The notes under the pieces: model-generated
Database searches by the model: none
Seen by the model: only the letters and a program-made list of their open reading frames with translations
What the model was told of the DNA's origin: nothing
Program-made: the position numbers and the translations under genes
Source of the DNA: Candidatus Saccharimonadales bacterium
GTDB lineage: Bacteria; Patescibacteriota; Saccharimonadia; Saccharimonadales; JACDBH01
Direction: 5' to 3'
Assembly (NCBI GenBank): GCA_041752595.1
Contig: JBGSWE010000004.1
Location: 23,057-87,056 of the forward strand
Length of the DNA stretch: 64,000 nt
Shown: positions 19,745 to 28,707 of the stretch, piece after piece
Layout: every line of letters begins with the position of its first letter
How positions within the stretch are numbered: position 1 is the first letter of the stretch

Positions 19745-20241
19745 TGAATCCGTTATTACTATTTATAGTGATAGTTATTGGTCTTTTTGGTTTTGTAGTT
19801 TTATTCGGCGCCCCATACCTACCAACTTTATCTAAACAAAAAAAGACTGCACTTGATCTACTAAATTTAAAGCCTGGCCAAACCCTTATTGAACTAGGTA
19901 GTGGTGATGGGCGTATGCTTTCCTATGCCGCACAAAAAGGCATTAAGTGTATTGGTTATGAGCTTAATCCCATACTTGTTTTGTATAGTTGGGTCGCAAC
20001 TTATAAATATAGACATTTAATCACTATAAAATTCGCTAATTTCTGGAGAGTAAAATTACCGGAATGTGAGGGCATATACGTATTTTTATTAGATAGGTAT
20101 ATGTTAAAGTTGTATACTAAAATTACTCAAGAAATTACCAGTTCTGTCAAGGTTGTTAGTTTTGCTTTTATGTTTCCGAATATTAGGCCAATAACAGAGA
20201 AAAACGGCATGTATTTGTATAAAATTACAACATCAAAATAA
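19744..20241 (+). CDS. Small membrane-anchored class I SAM-dependent methyltransferase
   Basis: An N-terminal TM is followed by motif I LIELGSGDGRML and YELNP. Confidence 0.55.
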   Translation: MNPLLLFIVIVIGLFGFVVLFGAPYLPTLSKQKKTALDLLNLKPGQTLIELGSGDGRMLSYAAQKGIKCIGYELNPILVLYSWVATYKYRHLITIKFANFWRVKLPECEGIYVFLLDRYMLKLYTKITQEITSSVKVVSFAFMFPNIRPITEKNGMYLYKITTSK

Positions 20242-20283
20242 CGTATTTTAGATACTAGTAATTTATGGTACGATATTACTAAT

Positions 20284-20934
20284 ATGGTTAAGCTTGATCA
20301 AAGAGGGTCCTTACTTATCCCACTAGTATTGATGGGGCTATTATTTGTGTTTGCGCTTGGTTTTGGTACCTGGGCGTTTATGGGTCGTCAAGAATATAAA
20401 AACAATGTTGATGCAAAGATAGCGGAAGCTATAGAGGCAAACACTGAAAAGGTGGGCATAGATAAAGAAGCTGAATTTGCAGAAAGAGAAAAGTCACCCA
20501 ACAAAACTTATCAAGGGCCATCTTCCTCCGGATCTTTATCGATTGTATATCCAAAAAATTGGAGTGCATATATTTTAGAAAACGGATCTGGTAGTACAGT
20601 ACTGGATGGCTATATACATCCCAATTTTGTTCCTGATACTAAGTCAGATATTTCTTTTGCGCTAAGGTTTGAGATACTTGATAATGAATACGACGAAATA
20701 GTAAAAAGATATGAAACCAAAGTAAAATCTGGCAAACTGACATTCGTTCCTTACAGAGCCCCCAAGGTTGATGATGCTTTAGGCGGAGTTTTTACTGGTG
20801 AAATTGATACTAAAAAAACGGGCACCCTAGTATTGTTGCCAGTTAGGGACAAAACAATTCTTATCTGGACTGAAGGCCAAGAATACAAAGCTGATTTTGA
20901 TCGAATGTTAGAACAACTTACTTTCAATCAATAA
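20284..20934 (+). CDS. Hypothetical membrane-anchored protein
   Basis: One N-terminal TM (LLIPLVLMGLLFVFALGFGTWAF). I recognised no other motif. Confidence 0.45.
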   Translation: MVKLDQRGSLLIPLVLMGLLFVFALGFGTWAFMGRQEYKNNVDAKIAEAIEANTEKVGIDKEAEFAEREKSPNKTYQGPSSSGSLSIVYPKNWSAYILENGSGSTVLDGYIHPNFVPDTKSDISFALRFEILDNEYDEIVKRYETKVKSGKLTFVPYRAPKVDDALGGVFTGEIDTKKTGTLVLLPVRDKTILIWTEGQEYKADFDRMLEQLTFNQ

Positions 20935-21019
20935 CATCTGTCAGGTAAAAAAATACTACAATATATTTGCATTCAGCATGCTATACTTTGATAAGTTCAA
21001 ACAAGGGTAACAACGTTTT

Positions 21020-21766
21020 ATGGGTAAGGCAAATGACTATACTGATGCTCATCAGTATTCGCAAGAATTGATAGACGATTTATTCTCGAGTTTAGCCGAG
21101 CAAGTAAAAATGCCTTTTGTTCAAATCGCCTATGCCGCAGAGTTAATGGGTTCAAACCAAAACGAATTTGATTCAGAAGTTCTCAGAAAAACCATTGCAC
21201 TATCAAGTAAAAATGCCCTTAGACTAATAGATGCATATTTGTTAAGTATTACTTTGCAGCGCCAGGGCAGGATGCAGCTAGAACCAGTTTCGGTTAGCTC
21301 GGTTCTTTATGATTCGGCTCAAACCCTAGAACCATTTGCAAAAGCACTAGGCTGTAAAATCAAGCTTAATTTAGTTGGAAAATATGAACCAGTGATGGCG
21401 CATAGATTAGCCCTGCAGTCTGCGTTGGTAAGTCTTGGTTATAATTTTATAGAGGCAGCAACTAGTCAAGAATCTAACGAACCACCAGTCGTCAGCTTTG
21501 TAGTTAGAAGACGCTCTGGCGGTATTAGCACCGGGGTATTTTCTAATAATGTTAATCTCAGTAGCACGCTTTTAGAACGGGCTAAAAAAATGCACGGCAA
21601 AGTTCACCAACCACTTCCAAATTTTGATAGCGGCAGTGGCATCGGCCTATTTATTGCCGAATCTTTGTTCTCACAACTAGATACATCTATGAAGATTGCT
21701 CAAGAAAAGGGCCTGCACGGGATTGCTGCAACCCTCACGCCAAGCCGACAATTAAATCTCGTATGA
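21020..21766 (+). CDS. Soluble histidine-kinase-like protein with a degenerate H-box (Glu in place of phospho-His)
   Basis: The DHp-like segment SLAEQVKMPFVQIAYAAEL aligns by eye to SHELRTPLTSILGYAEL with E at the His position. An N-box-like LGYNFIEAA and a G2-box GSGIGLFIAESL are present, but I saw no G1 box, TM or sensor domain. Confidence 0.5.
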   Translation: MGKANDYTDAHQYSQELIDDLFSSLAEQVKMPFVQIAYAAELMGSNQNEFDSEVLRKTIALSSKNALRLIDAYLLSITLQRQGRMQLEPVSVSSVLYDSAQTLEPFAKALGCKIKLNLVGKYEPVMAHRLALQSALVSLGYNFIEAATSQESNEPPVVSFVVRRRSGGISTGVFSNNVNLSSTLLERAKKMHGKVHQPLPNFDSGSGIGLFIAESLFSQLDTSMKIAQEKGLHGIAATLTPSRQLNLV

Positions 21767-22188
21767 TAAAGCAATTAAAACCAAATAAACAAGATAACAT
21801 TATTATCCTAGAGCCAGACAAGGTGATAGCAGGTCAAGTTCAGAAATATTTAAATTCGCTTGGTTATAAAACAAGTTGGTGCAAAAATGCCCAAGAAGCT
21901 ATAAACGTTGCAGATCAAAACCCACCCAAACTTGTAATTATAGAGCTTTTCCTTGTAGCACATAGTGGTATGGAGTTTTTGTATGAATTTAGGTCATACA
22001 ACGAATGGCGAAATGTACCAGTAATAATCTTTAGTCGCATACCAAGATCTGAGCTTCCTGCTCCAGACAAAGCTCTTAAAGAGCTGGGAGTTGATTGTTT
22101 CATGTATAAACCAGAAACTTCGCTTAAGCGTTTAGGTGAAATGGTTAAGGCGCTATTGCCGCCAAAAGTTAAAAATGAAGCAATTTAA
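21763..22188 (+). CDS. Receiver-like (pseudo-receiver) protein with Glu at the phospho-Asp position
   Basis: PKLVIIELFLVAHSGMEFL aligns to pDlvllDlmmPgmdGlel with E for D. The N-terminal acidic pair is EPD, while the Ser (IFSR) and Lys (MYKP) are retained. It overlaps the upstream kinase-like gene by 4 nt. Confidence 0.55.
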   Translation: MIKQLKPNKQDNIIILEPDKVIAGQVQKYLNSLGYKTSWCKNAQEAINVADQNPPKLVIIELFLVAHSGMEFLYEFRSYNEWRNVPVIIFSRIPRSELPAPDKALKELGVDCFMYKPETSLKRLGEMVKALLPPKVKNEAI

Positions 22189-22861
22189 TACAGAAGGATT
22201 AATACTTCGTCGAACAGACTATGGGGAAGCTGATCGTATAATTACCCTACTAACTCAAGATTTCGGCAAAATTAATGTAATTGCAAAAGGAGTTCGTAAA
22301 CAAAAAAGCAAGTTGGCTGGGGGGATAGAACTTTTTAGCATTTCAGAGATACATTTCATTAAAGGTAGGGGGAGCATAGATACTCTAGTTTCAACTCGCC
22401 TCATTAAATATTATGACTATATTGTAAAAGATTACGATCGTACCCAGTTAGCTTATCAAGCTTTAAAGACCATACACAAGATTACAGAAGATAATGAAGG
22501 TGGTGAGTATTTTGAAATAGTTAACGAAACATTGTCGGCATTGAATCGCCCTGAACTACCAATTAAACTGGCAGAACTTTCGTTTCTGGTGAGGTTGCTT
22601 GGCCGGTTTGGGCATTTGCCGGATTTTACGGTAGATGTAAATGGAGACAAGTTAGATCAATCATTAAACTATAACTTTGATAACGAAAAGGTGGCTTTCG
22701 TACACAGCGAAAACGGGATGTTTAATAAAAACCACATAAAACTGCTAAAACTGCTTTCTTTTAATAGTGCTGAATCATTATTGAGTATTCAGGGAGTTAA
22801 CGATTTCTCTAATGATCTGTTACCGATAATACGAAACCACAGCGTTAACTACTTATCATAA
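22175..22861 (+). CDS. recO: DNA repair protein RecO
   Basis: MKQFNTEGLILRRTDYGEADRIITLLTQDFGKINVIAKGVRK is the typical RecO OB-fold N-terminus. I chose this start over the ORF-track 22136 on homology grounds. Confidence 0.88.
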   Translation: MKQFNTEGLILRRTDYGEADRIITLLTQDFGKINVIAKGVRKQKSKLAGGIELFSISEIHFIKGRGSIDTLVSTRLIKYYDYIVKDYDRTQLAYQALKTIHKITEDNEGGEYFEIVNETLSALNRPELPIKLAELSFLVRLLGRFGHLPDFTVDVNGDKLDQSLNYNFDNEKVAFVHSENGMFNKNHIKLLKLLSFNSAESLLSIQGVNDFSNDLLPIIRNHSVNYLS

Positions 22862-22878
22862 AAGTAGTTAAAAAGGAA

Positions 22879-22907
22879 TTGACAAAACTGTTATAAATTG
22901 CTATAAT
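22879..22907 (+). promoter_or_regulatory. Consensus sigma-70 promoter (TTGACA-17-TATAAT)
   Basis: Both hexamers are exact with a 17-nt spacer, located 26 nt upstream of the ATG at 22933. Confidence 0.55.
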
Positions 22908-22932
22908 AATTTACGTTAAATTAAACATTGAT

Positions 22933-23241
22933 ATGACTAACAATCTTCCTAAATCAGCAGCATTATTAAATCACGAAGCAGACAATGCATCTGCAGTGGC
23001 TTTTGAAAAGCAATCTGGAATGCCCGTAGATACTGTTCCAGTTATTGCGGATCCAGCACCGCGCTCTACTCATTTTATTGAAAAACCTATATTACCTCCT
23101 GCAAAGTCAGATGACGAATTTTTAGAAGAGTTTTATGAAGAAACCGGCTTTATGCAAACAAGGGAAGTCGGCAACGTGGCTACTGACAATGTAGTTGAAG
23201 TTGATTTTACTGAACCAGCCCAAGAACACGTCGTAGCTTAA
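22933..23241 (+). CDS. Small acidic hypothetical protein
   Basis: A 102-aa ORF sits behind a consensus promoter. I recognised no motif. Confidence 0.4.
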   Translation: MTNNLPKSAALLNHEADNASAVAFEKQSGMPVDTVPVIADPAPRSTHFIEKPILPPAKSDDEFLEEFYEETGFMQTREVGNVATDNVVEVDFTEPAQEHVVA

Positions 23242-23295
23242 GTTTTTGACTACATTCTGTCACTGTTTTGGCTAAATATGATATACTATTTATAT

Positions 23296-24600
23296 ATGAG
23301 TAGTAAAAACCAAGACGTTGCTATGGACGAGATTATTTCGCTTGCAAAGCGAAGGGGTTTTATATATCAAGGATCAGAAGTTTACGGAGGACTTAGTGGT
23401 ACCTGGGATTATGGTCCACTTGGAGTTGCTTTAAAACGGAACATCACTAGTCTTTGGTGGCAGATGTTTGTTGAAGATAGAGATGAAATGTATGGTGTTG
23501 ATGCAGCTATACTTATGAATCAAAAAGTCTGGCAGGCAAGTGGTCATGTAGATACATTTACCGATCCTTTAATTGAGTGCAGAGAGTGTAAATCTCGCTA
23601 CCGTGAAGATCAAATAGATGTTAGCAAATGCCCGAACTGTGGCAAAAAAGATACATTTGGAAAGGCACGTCAGTTTAATATGATGTTTAAGACAAATGTA
23701 GGCCCAGTTGATGATGAGTCTAGTGTGTCATATCTACGACCAGAAACAGCACAAGGTATTTTTACTAACTATAAAAATGTTGTTGATAGTTTCTATCCAG
23801 ATTTACCGTTTGGATTAGCGCAGATTGGCAAGGCTTTTCGTAACGAAATAAGCCCACGCGATTTTATATTTAGATCTAGAGAATTTGAACAAATGGAAAT
23901 TGAATATTTTGTAAATCCCGATAAGTGGGAGGAAGCATTTGAAGCCTGGCGATTAGATATTCATGTTTGGCTAGAAATGCTAGGTTTAGATAAAGAAAAA
24001 ATACACGAACTAGAAGTACCAGATAACGATCGAGCACATTATAGTAAGCGAACGATTGATTTTGAATATGATTTTCCTTTTGGCAGGAAAGAACTGCTTG
24101 GTCTAGCTTACAGAACAGACTTTGACCTTATGAATATTCAGAACAATTCAGGCAAAAACATGGAATATACCGAAAAGGGAAGCAACAATAAGTTTACTCC
24201 ACACGTTATAGAGCCGTCGTTTGGACTAGAAAGAACTATAGTAGCTGTACTTTCGGCTGCATATAAAATTGATGAGCAAAACGGTGAAAAACGAGTATAT
24301 TTAGCGCTACCGCATCATCTTGCACCGGTTAAGTTTGCCGTATCGCCGCTACTAAAAAATAAGCCAGAACTTGTTAGTAAAGCCCGTGAAGTATTTGTAA
24401 CACTAAAGAAAAAATACGGTGCCGTAATGTGGGACGATAATGGAAACATTGGTAAACGATACAGGCGACAAGACGAAATCGGCACGCCATATTGTGTGGT
24501 AATAGATTTTGAAACACTAGAAGACGACAGTGTAACTGTAAGAGACCGTGACACCACAAAACAAGTCCGTAAAAGTATAGAAAATATCACAATTAATTAA
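23296..24600 (+). CDS. glyQS: Glycine-tRNA ligase (homodimeric GlyQS type)
   Basis: LAKRRGFIYQGSEVYGGLSGTWDYGPLG, YLRPETAQGIF and FRNEISPR are present. An extended -10 TGaTATACT at 23279-23287 lies 8 nt before this ATG. Confidence 0.95.
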   Translation: MSSKNQDVAMDEIISLAKRRGFIYQGSEVYGGLSGTWDYGPLGVALKRNITSLWWQMFVEDRDEMYGVDAAILMNQKVWQASGHVDTFTDPLIECRECKSRYREDQIDVSKCPNCGKKDTFGKARQFNMMFKTNVGPVDDESSVSYLRPETAQGIFTNYKNVVDSFYPDLPFGLAQIGKAFRNEISPRDFIFRSREFEQMEIEYFVNPDKWEEAFEAWRLDIHVWLEMLGLDKEKIHELEVPDNDRAHYSKRTIDFEYDFPFGRKELLGLAYRTDFDLMNIQNNSGKNMEYTEKGSNNKFTPHVIEPSFGLERTIVAVLSAAYKIDEQNGEKRVYLALPHHLAPVKFAVSPLLKNKPELVSKAREVFVTLKKKYGAVMWDDNGNIGKRYRRQDEIGTPYCVVIDFETLEDDSVTVRDRDTTKQVRKSIENITIN

Positions 24601-24676
24601 GCTATTAATAAATATGCTTGAAAGCCAAGTATTTTCGGCGCATATTATAAGCATAACTATTAAATAGGAGATTAAT

Positions 24677-25102
24677 ATGGATGTCCAAATAAATTTACTA
24701 GCCGTATTTATTGCTGGTTTATCTTCGATGGTAGTGGGAAGTATATGGTATTTACCAAAGGTGTTTGGTGGTGAATGGTCAAAACTTACTAAAGTAGATT
24801 TAAAGAAGAAAGTTAATAACAGTGATATGGCAATTATGCTGGGAGCTACATTTGTTATTTCACTAATTACAGCCTATGTACTGGCTTATTTTTCATATAT
24901 TTCTTATAGCTTTTTCGATGAAACATTTCTTAGATCTAGCTTAACAACAGCTTTATTGGTTTGGCTCGGATTTAATTCAGTAAGATTTATGACTCATGAT
25001 ATGTTTGAGGGTCGTAGAAAGAAACTAACTCTTATTAATATTTCTAACGAACTCGTGACCATATTAGTCATGGCGTTAATAATTGGGATGATTGGTGTAT
25101 AA
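24677..25102 (+). CDS. DUF1761-like small membrane protein
   Basis: Four TMs, with the N-terminus LLAVFIAGLSSMVVGSIWYLPKVFGGEW typical of DUF1761. An AGGAGA SD is present. Confidence 0.55.
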   Translation: MDVQINLLAVFIAGLSSMVVGSIWYLPKVFGGEWSKLTKVDLKKKVNNSDMAIMLGATFVISLITAYVLAYFSYISYSFFDETFLRSSLTTALLVWLGFNSVRFMTHDMFEGRRKKLTLINISNELVTILVMALIIGMIGV

Positions 25103-25126
25103 AACACCGTGTTATAGTAAGAGCTG

Positions 25127-25729
25127 ATGAGACCTTTCAAAAAGAAGATACAACCTAACAAACCAAACAACTACGCTTTTATCGATAGCCAGAACCTCAA
25201 CCTAGGTACTCAAAAGATGGGTTGGAAAATGGATTGGAAAAAGTTTCGTGAATGGCTAAAAAACGAATATGATGTCGAAAAAGCCTTCATGTTCATAGGC
25301 TACATGCCAGATTTTGAAAAGCTATATGATCAACTTCATTCACAAGGCTATTTGGTAGTACTTAAGCCAACTCTCGAGATGTTTAACGAACCAGCTCAAG
25401 AGGGTGAAAAAGCAAAGACTGATGACAAAGAAGAAAAGCGGGCAGTCAAAGGCAATATTGATGCCGATCTGGTACTGCATGTCATGAAGGAAAAGAACAA
25501 CTACAACAAGGCTTTGATTGTTTCGGGTGACGGAGATTTTTATTCTCTTATAGAGCATCTTGATCAAGAAAATAAACTTCTTAAAGTGTTAACTCCAAAC
25601 TGGCAATATTCTAGCTTACTAAAACCTTATGAAAAATATATAGTTCGCTTAGATCAAAAACGCCAAGAACTACGCTATCCAGATTTCCGCAAGAGAAACA
25701 CTCATCAAAAATCAAATACAAAAAAGTAA
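25127..25729 (+). CDS. NYN (LabA-like) domain protein, putative RNase
   Basis: YAFIDSQNLNLG, GNIDADLVL and IVSGDGDFYSLIEHL supply the acidic residues characteristic of the NYN/PIN-like fold. Confidence 0.75.
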   Translation: MRPFKKKIQPNKPNNYAFIDSQNLNLGTQKMGWKMDWKKFREWLKNEYDVEKAFMFIGYMPDFEKLYDQLHSQGYLVVLKPTLEMFNEPAQEGEKAKTDDKEEKRAVKGNIDADLVLHVMKEKNNYNKALIVSGDGDFYSLIEHLDQENKLLKVLTPNWQYSSLLKPYEKYIVRLDQKRQELRYPDFRKRNTHQKSNTKK

Positions 25730-25743
25730 AATTTACATTTCTT

Positions 25744-25791
25744 AACTATCAGCTATCAACTATCATCTATTGCCTATAAAATAGGCAATAG
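25744..25791 (+). promoter_or_regulatory. Four tandem heptads (AACTATC AGCTATC AACTATC ATCTATT) followed by an 11-bp-stem hairpin abutting the helicase ATG
   Basis: The heptads span 25744-25771. The hairpin CTATTGCCTAT-aaa-ATAGGCAATAG spans 25767-25791. The 14-mer AACTATCATCTATT also occurs twice upstream of pth. Confidence 0.4.
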
Positions 25792-27339
25792 ATGACGCAA
25801 TCAGAGGCACTAGCAATATTGGAATCTGGCCAGTCGGTTTTATTAACCGGTGCTGCTGGTACTGGCAAAACTTTTGTTCTAAACCAATTTATTAAAAGAG
25901 CTCGAAGAGATGGAAAAAGCATTGCGGTCACCGCAACTACTGGTTTGGCGGCGACTCATCTTGGTGGCGTGACAATACATGCTTGGTCGGGTATTGGAGT
26001 GAGGGAATCTTTAGATGGAATGTTTTTCAACAAAATCAGTAAACAACGGGCAGACATTATTACGAAAGCTGATGTACTTATAATTGACGAAGTAAGTATG
26101 CTTCATGATTATCGATTGGACATGATAGAGGAGGTTACTAGACGAATCAGGGGAGGTGATAGGCCATTTGGCGGGCTTCAGGTTGTATTATCTGGTGACT
26201 TTTTTCAATTGCCGCCCGTTAACAGACAAGACTCAAAGCAAGGAGGCTTTGTAACAAGTTCAAATATCTGGCTAAACGATAGTTTCCAGGTTTGTTATCT
26301 AGAAGAGCAGTTTAGGCAATCAGACGACGATGATTATAGTGCAATATTAAACGGAATAAGAGCAGGGCAATTAACGCGCAGACAACTAGATACCCTTCAG
26401 TCAAGGTCAAATATAGAAGTAGATCCGTCAGTGACTCGTACAAGACTACTTACTATTAATATTGATGTCGATACAATCAATCACCAACATTTAAGCGAAT
26501 TAGAAACAGAAGAATATGAGTTCGAAATGGAAACAAGTGGTCGCAAGCAATATGTAGAGAGTTTGCTTAAATCTTGTTTGGCGCCACAAACACTTCGCTT
26601 AAAACGTGGAGCATTTGTTATGTGTATCAAAAATTCTCAAGACAAAAAGTATGTAAATGGTTCGCTTGGTGTTATTGAGGATTTTGAACCAGGTAGCGAT
26701 TATCCAATTGTAAAATTAACTAATGGTAAAGAAATTACCATCAAACCGGAAACCTGGGAGCTCATAGACGGCGATAAGCGTCGTGCCACTGCTACGCAGC
26801 TACCACTAAGACTTGCGTGGGCTATCACGGTTCATAAAAGTCAGGGTATGACACTAGACTCAGCTCAAATTGATCTGAGCAAGGCATTCGTAGAAGGCAT
26901 GGGTTACGTGGCGCTTTCAAGAGTTCGAAGTTTAGATAATTTAGTTCTTGATGGTATGAATGGCATGGCGCTACGTACTAGCCCATTAGCTAGAGCGTTA
27001 GACGGAGAGTTACGGGCACGCAGTATAGATACGAGGGACGAACATACCGATACAATTAAGGTTTGGGTAGAACAAGAAGAAGCGGCTAAAAACCAGCCCG
27101 AAAAAGTTCTAGAACCTGAGTCAAATAAGAAAAGTTGGTCAGAAAAGTTAGCTAAAATGCGTGAAGAATATCCGAACGCCTACAAAAGCTGGACAGAAAC
27201 AGAAGACGTCAAACTTGTTAAATTATTTGCAGCCGATAACAGCGTAAAAGCATTAAGTAAACTACTAGGCCGACACCCTGGCTCAATTCGGGCTCGTTTA
27301 AAAAAGCATTTCGGTGACGACGTGGTATTTATAAAATAA
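25792..27339 (+). CDS. Pif1/RecD-family (SF1B) DNA helicase with a C-terminal Myb/SANT-like tail
   Basis: LLTGAAGTGKTF (Walker A), LIIDEVSML (Walker B), VLSGDFFQLPPV and AITVHKSQGMTLD are present. The C-terminus contains WTETEDVKLVKLF...LGRHPGSIRARL. Confidence 0.88.
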   Translation: MTQSEALAILESGQSVLLTGAAGTGKTFVLNQFIKRARRDGKSIAVTATTGLAATHLGGVTIHAWSGIGVRESLDGMFFNKISKQRADIITKADVLIIDEVSMLHDYRLDMIEEVTRRIRGGDRPFGGLQVVLSGDFFQLPPVNRQDSKQGGFVTSSNIWLNDSFQVCYLEEQFRQSDDDDYSAILNGIRAGQLTRRQLDTLQSRSNIEVDPSVTRTRLLTINIDVDTINHQHLSELETEEYEFEMETSGRKQYVESLLKSCLAPQTLRLKRGAFVMCIKNSQDKKYVNGSLGVIEDFEPGSDYPIVKLTNGKEITIKPETWELIDGDKRRATATQLPLRLAWAITVHKSQGMTLDSAQIDLSKAFVEGMGYVALSRVRSLDNLVLDGMNGMALRTSPLARALDGELRARSIDTRDEHTDTIKVWVEQEEAAKNQPEKVLEPESNKKSWSEKLAKMREEYPNAYKSWTETEDVKLVKLFAADNSVKALSKLLGRHPGSIRARLKKHFGDDVVFIK

Positions 27340-27369
27340 CTGTATATACAATCTGTTACAATAAACTTC

Positions 27370-28656
27370 ATGGCAAAAGAAAATTCAAAATCAAAAAGTG
27401 TCGACACATATAGTTTCCCTAAAGATTTTTTGTGGGGAGCCAGCACTGCGGGCCACCAGGTAGAGGGCGGAAACTATGACCAATGGACAGTTTGGGAGCT
27501 TGATAACGCCAACGAACTTGCAAAAACCGCAGCCGATAGACTGCGTTGGCTACCTGATTGGCAAGAGTTTAAAGATGAGGCCGAAAAACCAGATAACTAT
27601 GTCTCAGGCAAAGGCGTTGATCACCTACATAGGTACAAAGAAGATTTTAGTATATTAAAAAAACTTAATCTCAACGCCTTTCGTTTTGGTATTGAATGGA
27701 GTCGTGTTGAGCCAGACAAAGGTGTTTGGGATAAAAAAGCCATAGATCATTATCATAACTACATTGCCGAGCTTAAGTCCCAGGGCATTGAGCCGGTATT
27801 AAATCTTTGGCACTGGACTCATCCAGTTTGGTTCGATGAATTGGGCGGATTTAGTAAACGTAAGAACGTAAGTCATTTTGAACGTTTCGTAAAAAAAATA
27901 GCTGAAGAGTTTGGGCCAGAAATAACCTATGTTATTACTGTTAATGAACCTAATGTCTATGTACTATATCCAGAATTTAACGGAAACGTACCAGTACCGC
28001 CAAGTCAGCCAAAATGGAAAAGATTACTTACATTCTTATGGCTTATTCGCGCACACAAACAAGCCTATCAGATACTAAAAAGTATGCATCCACACCTCCA
28101 GGTTAGTGCTGCCGTGCAGATGGCAAATAATAATCCAAAACAAAATAATTGGCTAAGTAAGCTAGCTGTTAAATTCAGCGACTGGACATTTAATTATCTA
28201 TTTTATGACCTAAGCAAACAACAGATTGATTTCGTGGGATTTAATTACTATTTTACAAATTATTTCGACGGTATTAAACAATCAAACCCGTCACAACCAC
28301 ACAACGACCTTGGGTGGTATATGGAGCCAAGTGGAGTTGGTGAAGTAGCGACCAAGCTATGGCTACGCTATAAGAAGCCCATAATGATTACGGAGAACGG
28401 ACTAGCTGACGCAAATGATGCTCAGCGCCAGTTGTGGCTAGAAGAAACCATGCATTCTATGATGATTGCGCGCAAGGCAGGAGTTGACCTTATCGGTTAT
28501 ATGCACTGGAGTTTGTTAGATAATTTTGAGTGGGTTTATGGCTGGTGGCCAAAATTCGGCTTAATCAAAGTTGATAGAGAGCGCGGCATGAAAAGGATAG
28601 TCAGACCAAGCGCTATCTGGTGGTCAAAAGAACTAGCCAAAATCAAACACGAGTAG
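27370..28656 (+). CDS. Glycoside hydrolase family 1 (beta-glucosidase-like)
   Basis: It has FLWGASTAGHQVEGG, the acid/base TVNEPN and the nucleophile ITENG. There is no signal peptide. Confidence 0.9.
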   Translation: MAKENSKSKSVDTYSFPKDFLWGASTAGHQVEGGNYDQWTVWELDNANELAKTAADRLRWLPDWQEFKDEAEKPDNYVSGKGVDHLHRYKEDFSILKKLNLNAFRFGIEWSRVEPDKGVWDKKAIDHYHNYIAELKSQGIEPVLNLWHWTHPVWFDELGGFSKRKNVSHFERFVKKIAEEFGPEITYVITVNEPNVYVLYPEFNGNVPVPPSQPKWKRLLTFLWLIRAHKQAYQILKSMHPHLQVSAAVQMANNNPKQNNWLSKLAVKFSDWTFNYLFYDLSKQQIDFVGFNYYFTNYFDGIKQSNPSQPHNDLGWYMEPSGVGEVATKLWLRYKKPIMITENGLADANDAQRQLWLEETMHSMMIARKAGVDLIGYMHWSLLDNFEWVYGWWPKFGLIKVDRERGMKRIVRPSAIWWSKELAKIKHE

Positions 28657-28707
28657 AAGTTGTAAAAATTACTTAGACTATGCTAAGAAGCTCTGTAACC
28701 TGGGGGT

